64,000 bases of DNA, from the NCBI RefSeq assembly GCF_001194135.2, contig NC_068984.1:31400172-31464171 (forward strand), given 5' to 3'. Below the pieces are notes generated by a model. The model was not told where the DNA came from. It did not search any database and was given only the letters and a program-made list of their open reading frames with translations. The translations under genes were made by a program, and so were the position numbers. Below are positions 13,591 through 26,660 of the stretch, in pieces. Position 1 is the first letter of the stretch. Each line of letters opens with the position of its first letter. Origin of the DNA: Octopus bimaculoides (taxonomy: Eukaryota).

Positions 13591-13678
13591 CGCTTGACAG
13601 AATTTTAGCTGTGGTCCATATTCAACACTTCCAGCAACAGTCAACTTGCCAATGGTGCTGATATAATTGTAATCAAGC
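13591..13678 (-). CDS. Candidate exon, unverified: LDYNYISTIGKLTVAGSVEYGPQLKFCQA, phase 2 to 0
   Basis: Acceptor atcaatcag (weak), donor GCG/gtaatt. Peptide composition is protein-like. No homology recognised. Confidence 0.2.
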
Positions 13679-14339
13679 CTGATTGATATTGATCGATTGT
13701 AATCAATAATTGTTTTTAATTTCCTTAACCTTTTTCTAAGAGAGAGCAAACTGGAACTTTTTTATTCAAACTCATCAAAAAATTTGTTTTTATCTGTTTA
13801 TTCTGATCATAGAAAGATAGTATTTTTTTTTTTTTTTTAGTTTGGCATAGTCAGTTAAACCAAAGCATTACCTTTTGTTCAGTGGTAATCAACTGAATGC
13901 TTCAAGGCAAATCACTAGTCAAACACTTGTATATGTTATGACTTTTGTCTGACCTGGAATCCGTGACAAACCCTTTGTCATACAGAAACTGGTTATATCC
14001 TGAGAAGTTGTATTGACTTTTCTCTGCACACTACTATCTAAATGTTTATATATGTTCTTTTCCACTCTAGGCACAAGGCCTGAAATGTTTATATATCTTA
14101 CTACAGACATATCTTTTTGACTTTGAGGGAGATGTCTTTATTTCTTATACATACATTCACCAAGCTGTTGTTCATGAGCCCCAAATCATCTCTGATAGAG
14201 CAGACGAAGGATGAAATGAATTCTATTTGTAAACATACTGTTTTTTTCAATGATATCTAGGACTACATTATCCAATGTGCCATTTCTTTATGTAAAAGGT
14301 TATGGTTTGATTTGAGATAATTTGGTTGCTATTTCCTGA

Positions 14340-14655
14340 AGATTGAGTAACCACATAGAAACCCCTTTGTTGGCTTGGTTTCCCTTACAGTTGACAGGCC
14401 ATAATAGCAGACGACAAGTGAAAGTACAAACAATTCTGTGTTGATATGTAAGAGAAACTTGAATGCCGAGCTCAAGGAATGTCTTGCTTTCAGTGATGAG
14501 GCCACATTTCATATGAATGGCAAAGTCAATAAGAATAATGTTTGCATTTGGGGCGAAGAAAATCCCCATGCCACAGTTGAGCATGCGAGGGACTCACCAA
14601 AAGTGAATGTTTTCTGTGCCATCTCCAAGAAGCATCTTCATGGCCCGTTTTTGTG
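14340..14655 (+). mobile_element. Tc1/mariner-superfamily transposase fragment (first catalytic D)
   Basis: FSDEATFHMNGKVNKNNVCIWGEENPHATVEHARDSPKVNVFCAISKKHLHGPF is a typical FSDE..F.L.G.VN..N.R.W...NP block. Confidence 0.8.
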
Positions 14656-14883
14656 AAATCCACATACCTTTGAATTTTATGTTGCTCAATATTAAGCCTG
14701 TTTAGTTTCATTTGCTTTGAGTATGTAGTTTCTGTGATACTTACATCTCAAATGATATCAAATGTTTTTGAAACACTCTTCCCTCAGTCGAAAGACACCT
14801 GTTGTTATATTCTTGTTTTTGCATTTCTAATTGTGTACCATGTTCTCTGTTTTTTTGTCTTTGTTGCCGTACACATTCACTAG

Positions 14884-14955
14884 CTTAGACTTTTTTGGGA
14901 GGCAACCAGATCGAACAGTCTCAAGTGTAACTGCCCAAAACTGTAAGGACATCTG
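14884..14955 (+). CDS. Candidate exon, unverified: LDFFGRQPDRTVSSVTAQNCKDI, phase 2 to 2
   Basis: Pyrimidine tract then cactag acceptor, donor CTG/gtaact, 72 nt. Confidence 0.15.
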
Positions 14956-15157
14956 GTAACTTGACTGAAGAAAGAAAGCCACGAATGACCCGTCCTTTTT
15001 TTCCCTGTTCTTCTTATTGTTGTTTTTCTTGTCCACTTTGGTAATGTCTATCTGTCCGAATGTTTTATTGTCCTCTATTGCATTTTTATTCCATTTTTTT
15101 TATATTTATACATGCATATGGCAGCATATGCACACATTTGTGCTCAGCATATAGTAA

Positions 15158-15158
<1 letters not shown>

Positions 15159-15231
<73 letters not shown>
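15159..15231. repeat. (TA)n microsatellite
   Basis: Directly visible. Confidence 0.98.
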
Positions 15232-15242
<11 letters not shown>

Positions 15243-15779
15243 ATGTATGTGTGTGTATTTCATCATCATCACCATCAACATGATGTCCATTTTCCATGCT
15301 GGCATCATTTGGAGGTTTGACAGAAGCTGACCAAATGAAGAACTGTCCAGGCTCCATGTTTCTTTTGACATGATTTCCATGGTTGGTTGACCTATATATA
15401 TGTATAAATATCTGCAAGAAAACCACTGTAACAAATATGGCTAGCACTAACCATAAATGTCAATTAATGAAATCCAAACAAAATAGTATGATAAACACGT
15501 TATTGAAATAAAAACTTATACAAAAACTATTACAAATAAGACAATAAACGTAGATATCTCATCATTAACTGCCTAATAGAAATCCTAATGGTTTCAACAT
15601 CTGAGAAGTACCATTCAATTTGAGGCAGAACCTGACAATATGCACACAAAAATACTTCAAATTTAGTAGTTTCAGAATATAATCTGATCAGAGACACCTA
15701 CTTGCAAATCATCAACATTCAATACCAGCATAAAGGAAACTTAAATTACTCTTATTTTTTTATATATTATCTTGCCTAA

Positions 15780-18480
15780 CCAGGTTTTAATCAACCAGTC
15801 ATTTCCATAGCATATGCTTCATCAGACGTTTAACTTTATCTACAAATGAATCAGCACTATACATTATTTTTACCACGTAGCAAAGCCAAGAATATAAAGC
15901 TTACAGCTTTAGTAACTAGGTTCAGATCGACACAGGTCTGGTGACATACTCTGAATATCAACCAGTCAGCTTGTAAAAATATCACCCCATGGTATAGAAT
16001 GTTTCAGTTGTTCCCACATAATTGGGGTTATAAAATCGAAAGCACATCAGAATCAGTGCAGAGGCTAGAGAACATTTGAGAAAAGATAAATGGACACGGG
16101 ATCTTTGGTCCTTGTGTGACCTCTCTTTAAAAGAATTACTCTGTTTTCAATGCACTTCTCCAAGCACATAGCATGAATACTATATCCTCACCTCTTGCTC
16201 CACAAATAGATAGCCAGTCAATTCTTAGTCACAAGCACGTCAGAGGCACATATAGGATGCATAGACAACAAGTCCTATACACAGACAGGTTTTCTTGGCT
16301 GCAACTCAACCCTGGGTTCAAGAAATCATTGACTATGAAGAACAGTATTTTTCTTGCTTCTCACATGAGGCTAATCATGCAATTGTATCTGTTATTAATA
16401 TAACTATGAACTGCATTTGCTTACAGCACACCACAGGACACTATGGTCAAGCCATTGTGTATTTATGTAAATATTGTGATATACTACTGTAAAAATAAAT
16501 GTTATTGAAACATCATTCAGAGTAGCTTTTATTATGTCACAGCATGCAGCTAAACTTCATACCAATTAATTAAGACCCTTCTAAGCTGTCTAACAACCAT
16601 ACCTTATAACATGACTAGAGGACATGTTATACACTATTTTCAAAGAATTTGTTTCAATGCCCGGAGCATAAATGTAATATGAAATTCAAAGTTATCATTC
16701 TTATAATAAGTATTAGTTACAACTATGTTATTAATACTAGTTATTGTAAAGTCTAAATAATTAACTTCATTTACAGTGTTGTCACTTATATATGACTTGA
16801 ATTTTCTTTCATATATTTTTTAAAGTAAATTTTTGAAAACATTGTCATTTGTGATAAAGAAAATTGTTTATCTAACTGCTTAGCTAAACCTATCTATTTC
16901 TCTTGGAATAAACCACTAAGAAAACTAAATTTGCATGCAGATAAATGTATGTAAGCTAACAAAGAGAAACAGAAATTACCACTAAAACGTCCTTAACTTG
17001 TTTAATAACCTATCAGTAAAAGTAAATCATGTATCAATGACAAATGTAACAATCTACTGTAATCTTTTCAATATTTGAACATAAACAACCATTATATTTA
17101 TTCTGGACAAAAAACCTCATCAGCTTTAACAGAAATTCATTTAAAACATTTACCAAGCACTAAATCATTTATTCTAAATATACCTTCTATCATTTTTCAA
17201 ATCGTGATTTGAATACCATATCAAAAAATCATATACATATATATATTTCAAAATTCCTTATTGGAATTACTTATGAATATCACTTTAATTACAATGAATA
17301 CTTTTGCTCTTTCCTACAAAGGCCCATCTAATAACATTTAATACCTTTTTAACCATCATAGACTGCTGTTTATTTGTACATTTCCTAGTCTTTGTAATAA
17401 ACTTATGCTTATATGGGATCTTATGCAATTTAGGAATGAAAAAAAAACAACCAAAGGAACATATTTGTTCTCCTCCTCAATGCTAAAGCCATTTAATGTT
17501 TCCACCTCAGGTATTATCTCCCTATTTATGCATTCATACTTTCAGATACCGATACATATGTACTGCAACCATTGAAGTCACTCCCCAATTTTAACTCCTT
17601 TCTAGTGTTATATATTCGCATAAATTATCGCAAAATTTCCTACATATCTGCTGGGACTGCAATGCATTTCTGCTGTTGATTCCTCTGCCACCATCAAATT
17701 CCTCTTCCTAATCTGTTTCAGATAAGAACTAGGCACTTGCTTTCTCCAGTCATCAATAACTTCCTTCTTACCATTTTATTTAAGACTACATCACCAAAGT
17801 ATCAATTGATTCCAAGATTAGCTTCTTCAATTTATTATTACTAATCCTATCTGATAACCTGAATTTGTTTCTGTTCATCAGTAGCCATATTAAGTCCTCA
17901 TTTCAGATAACATTCAAATCACCTGTATAAACATATCTCACCACACCATGGAAGAGATCAAACTTAGCACAACTTCACATACTTTGGCAAACCCCTCTGA
18001 AACCTTCTGAACCTATTTCAGAGAAAGGCTTGTTATAATTAAGCAACTTATCACCTTATCAAGAAGCAAAGATTTGGTGATGGATTCTGCTTTAGAATTA
18101 TCTAGTGTGATTACTCCTTGCAAAGAAACTTGGTGGCTTGCTCATTCCTTCTAATTATTTTCCTGTCCTATTTTTGATATAATTCATTTAGTGAATATCT
18201 TCAGTTTGTCAAAATTTATGGATATTAGGGGAGTGTTGTTAGCATTAGTATATATGTAAAAGGAATTAGATAGTGCCAAACATTTTATCTAGTCTTACAG
18301 TTTTATTAGGAAATATTTCAAGAAGTCATGGATACTGTAGGATATAGCAGGCAAATATTTCATCAGACCCATATATACTTCAAACCAATCAAGCAGCTAA
18401 ACATCCTTGAGCACAACACACTCATTTTCATTGTAAAGTGTCTCTATTACGCAAGCTACCTTAGAGGCTACACCTTTTGC
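15780..18480 (-). mobile_element. Heavily decayed L1/Tx1-like LINE ORF2 remnant (discontinuous)
   Basis: Minus-strand fragments occur in the expected order: TGDLNVI (endonuclease GDFN-like, ~17920), REVTQGPKI (~16110, like E..TGAKIN), HGVIF, and VDKVKRLMKHMLWK (~15830). The middle (16500-17250) shows no recognisable motif. Confidence 0.35.
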
Positions 18481-19504
18481 TGCCAACATGACAGTAATTC
18501 AGGGAAACTATAGCAATTACAAAAGCTTCGTTGCACTGCCAGTCAGAAATACAGCTACCACATTAAAAACCAATCGTTTATGATTAGCCTTCAGCTTAGT
18601 AACAAAAGGTTAATAGTAAATCAGTTTTAATTTATTGTCGCTAGCCTAGATTTCGTCAATTTTTACCAAATAAAATATGGAGTGCTAAAAATCATAGTTA
18701 TTAAAAGTGAAGAAAATGAAATAGCTGATGCTTATAATATATTACTCCATCCAAACAGTAATAATATTAGTGTTATAACTATCCTTGTTTAATTCAACAA
18801 AAATGTACAATGTGTGCTTATTATTAATGCGATCATTCCTTAACTTTTTGTATTTTCAGAATGGAGATTTGCAAATAAAATTCAAAGTAAACATATATGG
18901 TTTAAATTGTTATTAATTTGTACCAACACTTCAAACTGATTATATCAGTTGCTTAAATATTTTCTGTTGAACTGCTAAGTTGAACTAAGTGATAATATAA
19001 GTATTCACTTAGGTTGTTTATAGATTATTTGTCTCTCATAGAATGATTTATTTTTTCTTTATTAACACAAGTATATTAATATTTAATATTTTGAAATAAC
19101 AATTTTGGTACATTTTGTATATTACACATAAGATATTTTAAAGCAGAAAATAAAGAAAAAGACAGAAAATATACAATGTCCTTTTAAAAATGACAGTTGT
19201 AATGAAATCTCACAGTTAAACTTTAATAATGAATTGTAAAATCTGCTTTTAAAGATATAAATCAATTATTGCTCAAATATTTGTTCCGTAAATTAATTTT
19301 AGTGTAATTCTACCCATTCAAACAAAAGAACATCATATTAACTGTATTGTAATGAAGTAATTTTCTTCTTTTACGCAAATTCACATTTAATTTCACAATG
19401 TTCTATCTCAAAAATACCACCATCGCTTACTATATGTTCTTTGGTAGCAATAATTGGTAACACAAAACCATACATTTGTAGACAACAAACAATGACAGAG
19501 AAAA

Positions 19505-19680
19505 TGAATGATGGCTGTCGGTTTAAGAAGTTCACTTTATAAACATATTGTTACCTGTTCGATCTCATGTGATACCATGGTTAACTGGTTTCTGTTGTAG
19601 CCCAAAGTTGACAAATACATTGGGATTTGAACTTAGAAATGGAAAATGTGTGGAAGCCTGTCATGTGTATGTGTTTTATG
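19505..19680 (+). mobile_element. Degraded SINE family A
   Basis: tggctgt...aagaagttcacttt head and gaagcctgtcat end resemble family A. Confidence 0.45.
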
Positions 19681-20005
19681 CATAATCATGCCTAAAAATG
19701 ATCACATATTAACTGAAAATACATTAAATATATAAGTAGGGTATAGAATTTATTTTTACAAGTAAAAGGTTTTTTCTCTCTCTCCTGCTCTCTCTATACA
19801 CTCACACACCTATATACATATGTCTCTTTGTGCTTGCTTGCATATATATCTGTATGTATGTATGAAATATACAAGTAGAATAGGGAGTTCATTTTTATGA
19901 GCAAGTGGTATTTTTCTCTTTCACTCTCTCTCCTCTACACACACAGACACACATGTAAGTATACACGTGTATGTATGCTTTCATGCGCATATGTATGTAA
20001 GTATG

Positions 20006-20975
20006 TATTTGGTTGGTCAAATCGTCTGTTCAGTTTTTGTCAACTCTTAACTTCAAGCACTCTGATAAGTAGCTAACTTCAGTCTGTACCTTGTGCATGC
20101 CCACACAGACACTTGGCCTCTCAGCATAAATTGATGTGAATGTACCATGAGACAAGTTATATTTTGTGTGGTTGGGATCGACCTGAAATGGAGAACCATA
20201 AACATTATCAACAACTCGTGCTTTTTTTTATTTGAAGAAAGACAAGGAAGAGGTAGAAACATGCAGGAAGATATGAGAGGATGCCATTATCAAACATATG
20301 TTTCAGAAGGGGTTTTCAAGATTTTGCATCTGGAAATTTTTCTGTTCAAAATGCATTATGCTCTGACTGGCCAACTGAGATTAACAGCAACAAAATGAAG
20401 ACGTTAGTCAACACCAAACCCTGTTATATGACAAGGAAGGGTGTAATTCTCCAAATATCCAAATTGACTGTTGAAAATCATCTGCATCAACTTGGTTACA
20501 TTAGCAGGTTCGATTTTTGTGTCCCATATCAACTGAATGTAGCTAATCTTGATTGACAAATTTCCACATGAAATTCATTGCAAAACGTGAAGAAAACAAT
20601 ACCTTTTTGAAAATTATGGTGACAAGGGACGAAATATGGATTGTCTATAAAAATGTGATGTGGAAACAATCTTAGGGGAATTGCAGCAAACTACCACAAA
20701 CAATCTCCAAAGCAGGTCTTCACTTAGAGAAGGTTATGCTTTCAATTTGATGAGATTGGAAGAGTGTTGTCTTTTATGAGCTTCTTCCCATATTCAGAAC
20801 TATTCATGCAGATGTATACTGTGACCAGCTAGAAAAATTAAATGCACCAATCTACCAAAAGTTTTTCACTTACTTATCGTAAGGGAATGCTAAACTGCAC
20901 ACTTATTTGCAGACATTACATGTACTTTAGTCTCTTCAAAATTCTCTGAATGGACAGAGTATGTAAAAAAATTCA
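20006..20975 (+). mobile_element. Mariner transposon, frameshifted, 3' end interrupted by an LTR
   Basis: 5' TIR-like tatttggttggtcaaa. Peptides FASGNFSVQNA, ISKLTVENHLHQLGYISRFDFCVP, MVTRDEIWIVY (VTGDEKW equivalent) and SLQNSLNG. Confidence 0.85.
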
Positions 20976-20983
20976 CCGGGAAG

Positions 20984-21187
20984 TGTATTATAACAATACA
21001 TAATAGAAACAGTGGCAGTAACAAACACACAACAAGCCAACAATCGATATTTCCAGCATACTAACTCGAACTGTAAACTGTACCTGGACTTCAAAGACCA
21101 AACTACCAACTGCTGACTACGTCAGACTGCTACTATTTATATGTATCCGTCAAGTCTACTCTCGTGAGAGGGTGTCTCACCACAACA
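20984..21187 (-). mobile_element. Gypsy 3' LTR (~204 bp)
   Basis: On the minus strand a polypurine tract aaaaggggaga immediately precedes TGTTGTGG. The segment ends in ...ATACA; the left boundary is approximate. Confidence 0.65.
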
Positions 21188-23590
21188 TCTCCCCTTTTGA
21201 GGTTTCGAGTTCTGAAGGAATAAAGAAATTTTATTTATTATTATTATTATTTTTCAGTATCTTTTTCACTTGGGCTTTATCTCAAGGCGTTCAGTCTGCT
21301 TCTGTTTTCTCATGCCAGTTCAACAGGACTCCATTACTTTTGGTGCTGGGACACTGAATACATCAAAAAATACTTTCATAGGAATTTCACTCCATTCTTC
21401 AGTATGTTTCTTCTTTAGGTGATTTATGTGTCCCTTATGTTCCCAGTATGGTCCTTTAGATACATCATACTTCCTATTTTTCTGGCTACAAGGCTATCCT
21501 CCCAGCTTTCTTTACCATTTCTGTAGGTTTCAAAATGCACTTTATCTCCTACTTCGAAATATTTTGTTGCATCTTTCGTATATCCTTTACATCTCCTTTT
21601 TCTCTGGCAATAACTTATCAAAAATTGATTTTATTCTTCTTGCGAACATCAACTCTGTGGGTGATTTTCCTGAATTTGTACTTGGATTGGGGGTTATTCT
21701 AAATACCCTTAAGAATTTTGTTAGTGCTTTGTTGTTAATTTGTTCCTAGCTTTTCTTAACGCTATTTTGAATGTGTTCACGAATCTTTCTAACTGTCCAT
21801 TTGAACTCAGATGGTTGAGTGGAGGAAAAACGTGCTTTAACGCATGCATTTTACAGACATTCTTGAATTCATACCCAGAGAATTGCGTTCCATCATCAGA
21901 AACTAATGTGTCTGGAACACCACATCAAGCAAACAGTTCATATAGGAACTTTATAGTTGTTTTAGCAGTTGGTTTACATACTTCTGGCCACTTTGTACAG
22001 TTGTATACCACGATTAGATAGTAAGCACTGTTCACTGGTCCAGCATAATCAATCTATAACGTAGAATACGGGTTCTCAGTTTCTGGCCAAGATCGATATT
22101 TTACAGGCAGGCTTAGGCTGAGAATGCTCAACCTTGACAAGTTCTCACCAAATTTTTAATATTCCGATCCATAGCCGGCCAAGAGATATAGCTCCTCATC
22201 ACAGCTTTCATCCTCAACATTCCCTGGTGTCCGCTGTGGAATTGCTGCAATACACGATTTGTAATGCAACTCTTTGCTCACACATCAGAATATTGTCACA
22301 TATTGAGAAACTACTTGAATTTGTATTTTTATTCTGCTTGTTTTTTAAAGTTTCTTTCATTTTTGTAATACACTCATTGCCTACAGATTTCATTCTTATA
22401 TCCTGTGCAGTCACTGGCAGTTCTTGGATAACAGTCATAATACTTTTTATTTCATTTTCTACCTGCAGTGCAGCTATCACAGTATCTTCTGGTGGTTCCG
22501 TATTTTGGGAAATTAGTCTTGATAGATAGTCCGCATAACCAAGTTTTTCCGATACAGTATATTCTGCATTTTGAAATTGTAATTTAGTAATATTATACCA
22601 CAATGCTGTAGTCAGTTCACTGTATGGGTAGGTAACCCTTTCTTTTACCCATAAATTGATAGCAATGGTCGATGATCTGTTTGTAACAAAACTACCATGT
22701 AGAAATCTGTGAAATTTTTTTCACCGCAAAGATAGTCAATAGGGCTTCCTTTTCTATCTGGCTGTATTTTTTCTCTGCCGCTATCAGTGAGCACGAAATA
22801 TAAATCACTGGTTTTGTACTTCTATCTTTATACTCGTGTAGCAAAACTGCTCCTATTCTGTACTTCTTGGTTTTATGTTGTATTCACTTTCTGCTGAAAA
22901 CACCTTAGAACTTTTAGTGTTTGACTCTTGTAATCTTGTCCTGCAGTGTGAGCTCTTGTAATCAAGTTTCTGACAACTACAGCATTTTCGGTTTTTAAAC
23001 AGACACTCTTTTCAGAAGTGTAGGCCTCCACATCCATAACATGGATTAGGGCCTGACACTCTTTTAGTTGTAGTTTCTAGGTCGACACATCTGTATTTTT
23101 GAAGAATCTTTCTCTTGAATTTTTTTCACGTTGTGCTTCAGGTTTACCATTGTTTGACATTATTCTGCAATGGTCTGAAAAGTTAAGTCATGGTTCACTT
23201 GCTCCATTCTTGAGAGAATCCTTGCCCAAATTTCTCAGTTTTCAGTTGCTGTAAGGCCTTCTACGAAGATAAGAGATTTAAACATATCTTGAATGAGTTC
23301 CTGAAGTTTAAAGTTTTCACACAGATGGTTGACTACTCTGGCACATGTAATAAAGTCATCATCATCATTTTTTGCTAAATTCCAACACTTCATTTGAGTG
23401 TCTAAATAACAAATTTTTGTCACAAAAGTTTTGAGAGTAATTCAATAGTTTCTTGGAAACAAATCTCACTTGACTTCTTAAGCCATATAAAGTTATAGTA
23501 GCGCTCATGCTCAGCTGGAGCTACCTTGCGTAGTAATAGACTCATTTTCTCTTCTTCCGACCATGACTTGCAATCTTTGTTAAAAATTTC
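21188..23590 (-). mobile_element. Gypsy LTR retrotransposon internal region: gag with CCHC knuckle, RNase H and integrase; protease and RT missing; many stops
   Basis: gag FKSLIFVEGL and CYGCGGLHF*KEC; RNase H IGAVLLH, AAEKKYSQIEKEA and ADYLSRL; integrase GVPDTLVSDDGTQF and SNGQLERFVNTFK; C-terminal FEVGDKVHFETYRNGKESWE. Confidence 0.9.
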
Positions 23591-23596
23591 CTTGGT

Positions 23597-23759
23597 CTAT
23601 TCCATCTCAATCATAGATTTTTTAATTAATTTTTTTAACAAAACAGTTTGAAACTTCGAATACTGGTAGAATTTCAAGGATCTATTCCATCTCAATCACA
23701 GATCTTTAATTTATTTTTTTAACTAAACAATTTGAAACTTTGAATACTGGTAGAATTTC
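23597..23759. repeat. Tandem duplication of an ~80 bp unit (period 85)
   Basis: ctattccatctcaatca...gaatactggtagaatttc at 23597-23675 and 23682-23759. Confidence 0.9.
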
Positions 23760-24883
23760 TCATGTAGATCACGGTTTACTCTGAACGTTTTTGACAAAAT
23801 TTCGTATTTTAGAAGTTATTTCATGTTAAAGTTGTCGTATTAGCGTAATTTCAACCAATCAACGATGTGTATTCAGTTGAAGAAAGCTATTACTGTTTGT
23901 GATAGTAATTGAAGAGGACCAGCTTACGGGTCATCTCTACTAAATGTCACTATTCTGTTCTGTTTGTACGGTGGGCAAATACGATGTCACCTTTATCCTT
24001 TCTTATTCCTAGTCAGCACTGTGCATTCCTTACACTTTCCCTCCCTTCTACACTATCAACATCCAGGTGTAAGATATAGGCCTGAATTTTTGTTTAACCC
24101 ATGCAGGCACAGAAGAGTAGTCGTTAAAAAGATGTAAACAACGATAATGCTTAAGAATTCAGATATATTTTAATGTTTCTGTTGCCATCGAAATAAATGC
24201 TGATAAAAACTTAAAATCAAATTCTTTAAAATAAATTTAAGGAAGCAAAGCAATGTAGCAAAGATTTCTTTTTTATTTGCTTTAATCTTTTATTATTTTT
24301 TCCTGCTCGTTTCCTTCATTTCCCACCCATTCTCTTCGATAAGGCTTTGTAAATTACTGTTTGATAAGATTTATAGATGCAAGATACAAACATTTACATT
24401 CTCTAATTGACAGTTGCAGAGGAAAATTTAAAGCTAAGTATAAGAGTTCCTAAATTGCAACTGAAAACTACTTGTTTCAATATTTAATGAGTACCATATG
24501 GCTGTAGCTCATAAATCAGTTGACAATGGGGATTCAACTGACAAACATAATAGCATTATCATCACAGAAGGTGGAACCTTTTGTAATTTTCATTTATAAG
24601 AATTGCTTGTTTGTTTTCCTCTGGCAAATCTATTACAAAATAGCGTTTCTTTGTTTACTTTATTTTTTTCCCCTTTTTACTAGTTTAGGTTTGGACAGTG
24701 GCCATGCTGGGCTACTGGCATCAAAGGATTTTTTTTTTAGTTGTTCATATCGATCCTAGTATATATTCATATATCTTAGTCTAGCACTTATTTTATTGAT
24801 CTCTGTGACAAAGTTACAGGGTATACACAACAATACTAGTCGGTGTTTTCAAACGGTGTAAATGTAAATAAAAATTTAATGCA

Positions 24884-24913
<30 letters not shown>

Positions 24914-24914
<1 letters not shown>

Positions 24915-25260
24915 TGGCCCAAAAAGCCTGTTTGATATTTTAAAGTGAAAATAAGACATGAGTTTTAAGTACAAAGCTGTTTATTCAATAATTTATATAA
25001 TTACTATTTTGTTCCACTGTTTTCTGGTAACTTATTGGCAGATTCATTCTCTCCTGTTCAAAGAATTTCCTATCTCAATGTTGTAGTGAGAGTACGACAA
25101 ATTCAGGCAGATATCTTACACCTGGATGTGCTTCCTGGTACCAGCACTCACTTGTTTCCAACCACAGTTGTTTATAGCCCTAGTTTTTGCATATGAATGA
25201 TGTAATTTCAGGACGTTTTCACAGAAGATTGCAAAGGAACACCATTAGTATGATGATAAC
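24914..25260 (-). mobile_element. Decayed mariner 3' end fragment
   Basis: TIR-like attggcccaaaaagcctgttt resembles the TIR at 20006. The minus strand has aagttaccagaaa...gtggaacaaaa, typical of mariner ORF ends. Confidence 0.5.
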
Positions 25261-25311
25261 ATTTGTTTACATTTAACAGGCATGCAGTATTAAAGCAATA
25301 AAACATAAGCA

Positions 25312-25470
25312 GACACATATGATAGGCGTCTTTTAGTTTCCATCTAGTAAATCCCCACAGAAGGCTTATGGTGGCCCAGGGCTATAGTAGAAGATACTTG
25401 TCTAAGACACTACACACAGGACTGAGCCCCCAAATTCATAGTTGTAAAGCAAATTTCTTAACTACACAAA
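25312..25470 (-). mobile_element. SINE family A 5' half, degraded
   Basis: ttagtttccatcta...gggctatagtagaagatacttg is the reverse complement of the family A body. Confidence 0.65.
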
Positions 25471-26249
25471 AATGCTTCTGCCTGGCCATGTCTATGCTTT
25501 AAGATATTAATAATTGATATCACATACTTTCCATAACATGCTTTATGAAATAACATTTCTGAATCTTTCCTTGTTTTTATGACTCAGCAATAAGAAGAGC
25601 AGCACCTGTGACCTTTCATAGGACCTTTAAAACCGATGGGGGAAGAATAGTCATCCTTAAATAGGAAACCTGGTCTGAATACTTGCAACAGAGTGGAACC
25701 AACTAAAGGCACCCTATGTGCTAAAGAGAGCAACAGATTAAGACTATGTATGGTACAACAGATGTGGGTCACTTCTGGGAGATACAGAAATCACTTATGA
25801 ACACTTTTATTTTTCCTCATAAATCTCAGATCTTCATATAATTATTTGCTAAAAGATAGCACGTTATAAAATGTTGATTTATTCTCCATTAAATCTCTTT
25901 CCATCAATATTCCACTTTAAGGATGAGCTCTGAAGTACTTGTGAAGGGTTCACATAATTATTCATCAAAGTAGGAATCCAACAATTTAGTGTGTCCTGTT
26001 CATAAAATGCTGCATCAGATGAATACATCTTTGTCCTCATTGGGTAATTTATATCACTATTCCTCATCTGGCTTAGTACTGCTAACTGTCCTTTGGGTGC
26101 TTTCAGCAGACTTTCAGGATGAGTATATGTTCTGAGAACTTGATTTATTCTGTTTATTATTCATAGGATAGCGGTGGGCTTGGAGACCATCTATCTCAGC
26201 CATTCATCTGCTATGTCTTTAAAGATAGTAATTCATTCATATATGGAGG

Positions 26250-26660
26250 TTTGCGGGGCTGAGTAAGTTGATTACATTGACCCTAGTGCCCAACTGGTAT
26301 TTATTTCATTGATCCTGAAAGGATGAAAGGCAAAGTCAAACTTGGTAGAATTTGAACTCAGAATGTAGAGACAGATGAAATGCCACTAAGCATTTTGCCC
26401 AGTGTGCAAATGATTCTTTTCTACTTTAGGCACAAGGCCTGAAATTTTGGGGGAGGGAGCCAGTCGATTAGATCGACCCAAGACGTAACTGGTACTTAAT
26501 TTACCAACCCTGAAAAGACGAAAGGCAAAGTGGACTTTGGTGGAATTTGAACTCACAACATAAAGACATACGAAATGCTGCTAAACATTTTGCCCAGCAT
26601 GCTAATGTTTCTACCAGCCCACCGCCTTAGTGTGTAAATGATTCTGTCATCTTGCCGCTC
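26250..26660 (-). mobile_element. Older SINE family B copy (Meta-domain-like body) split by a nested younger copy
   Basis: ggatgaaaggcaaagtc...gaatttgaactcagaa body. The head resumes after 26645. Confidence 0.75.
26418..26629 (-). mobile_element. SINE family B, nested insertion with a 16 bp target-site duplication
   Basis: Colinear with 30370-30583 and inverse to 28519-28729. Flanked by gtgtg(c/t)aaatgattct at 26402-26417 and 26630-26645. Confidence 0.85.
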
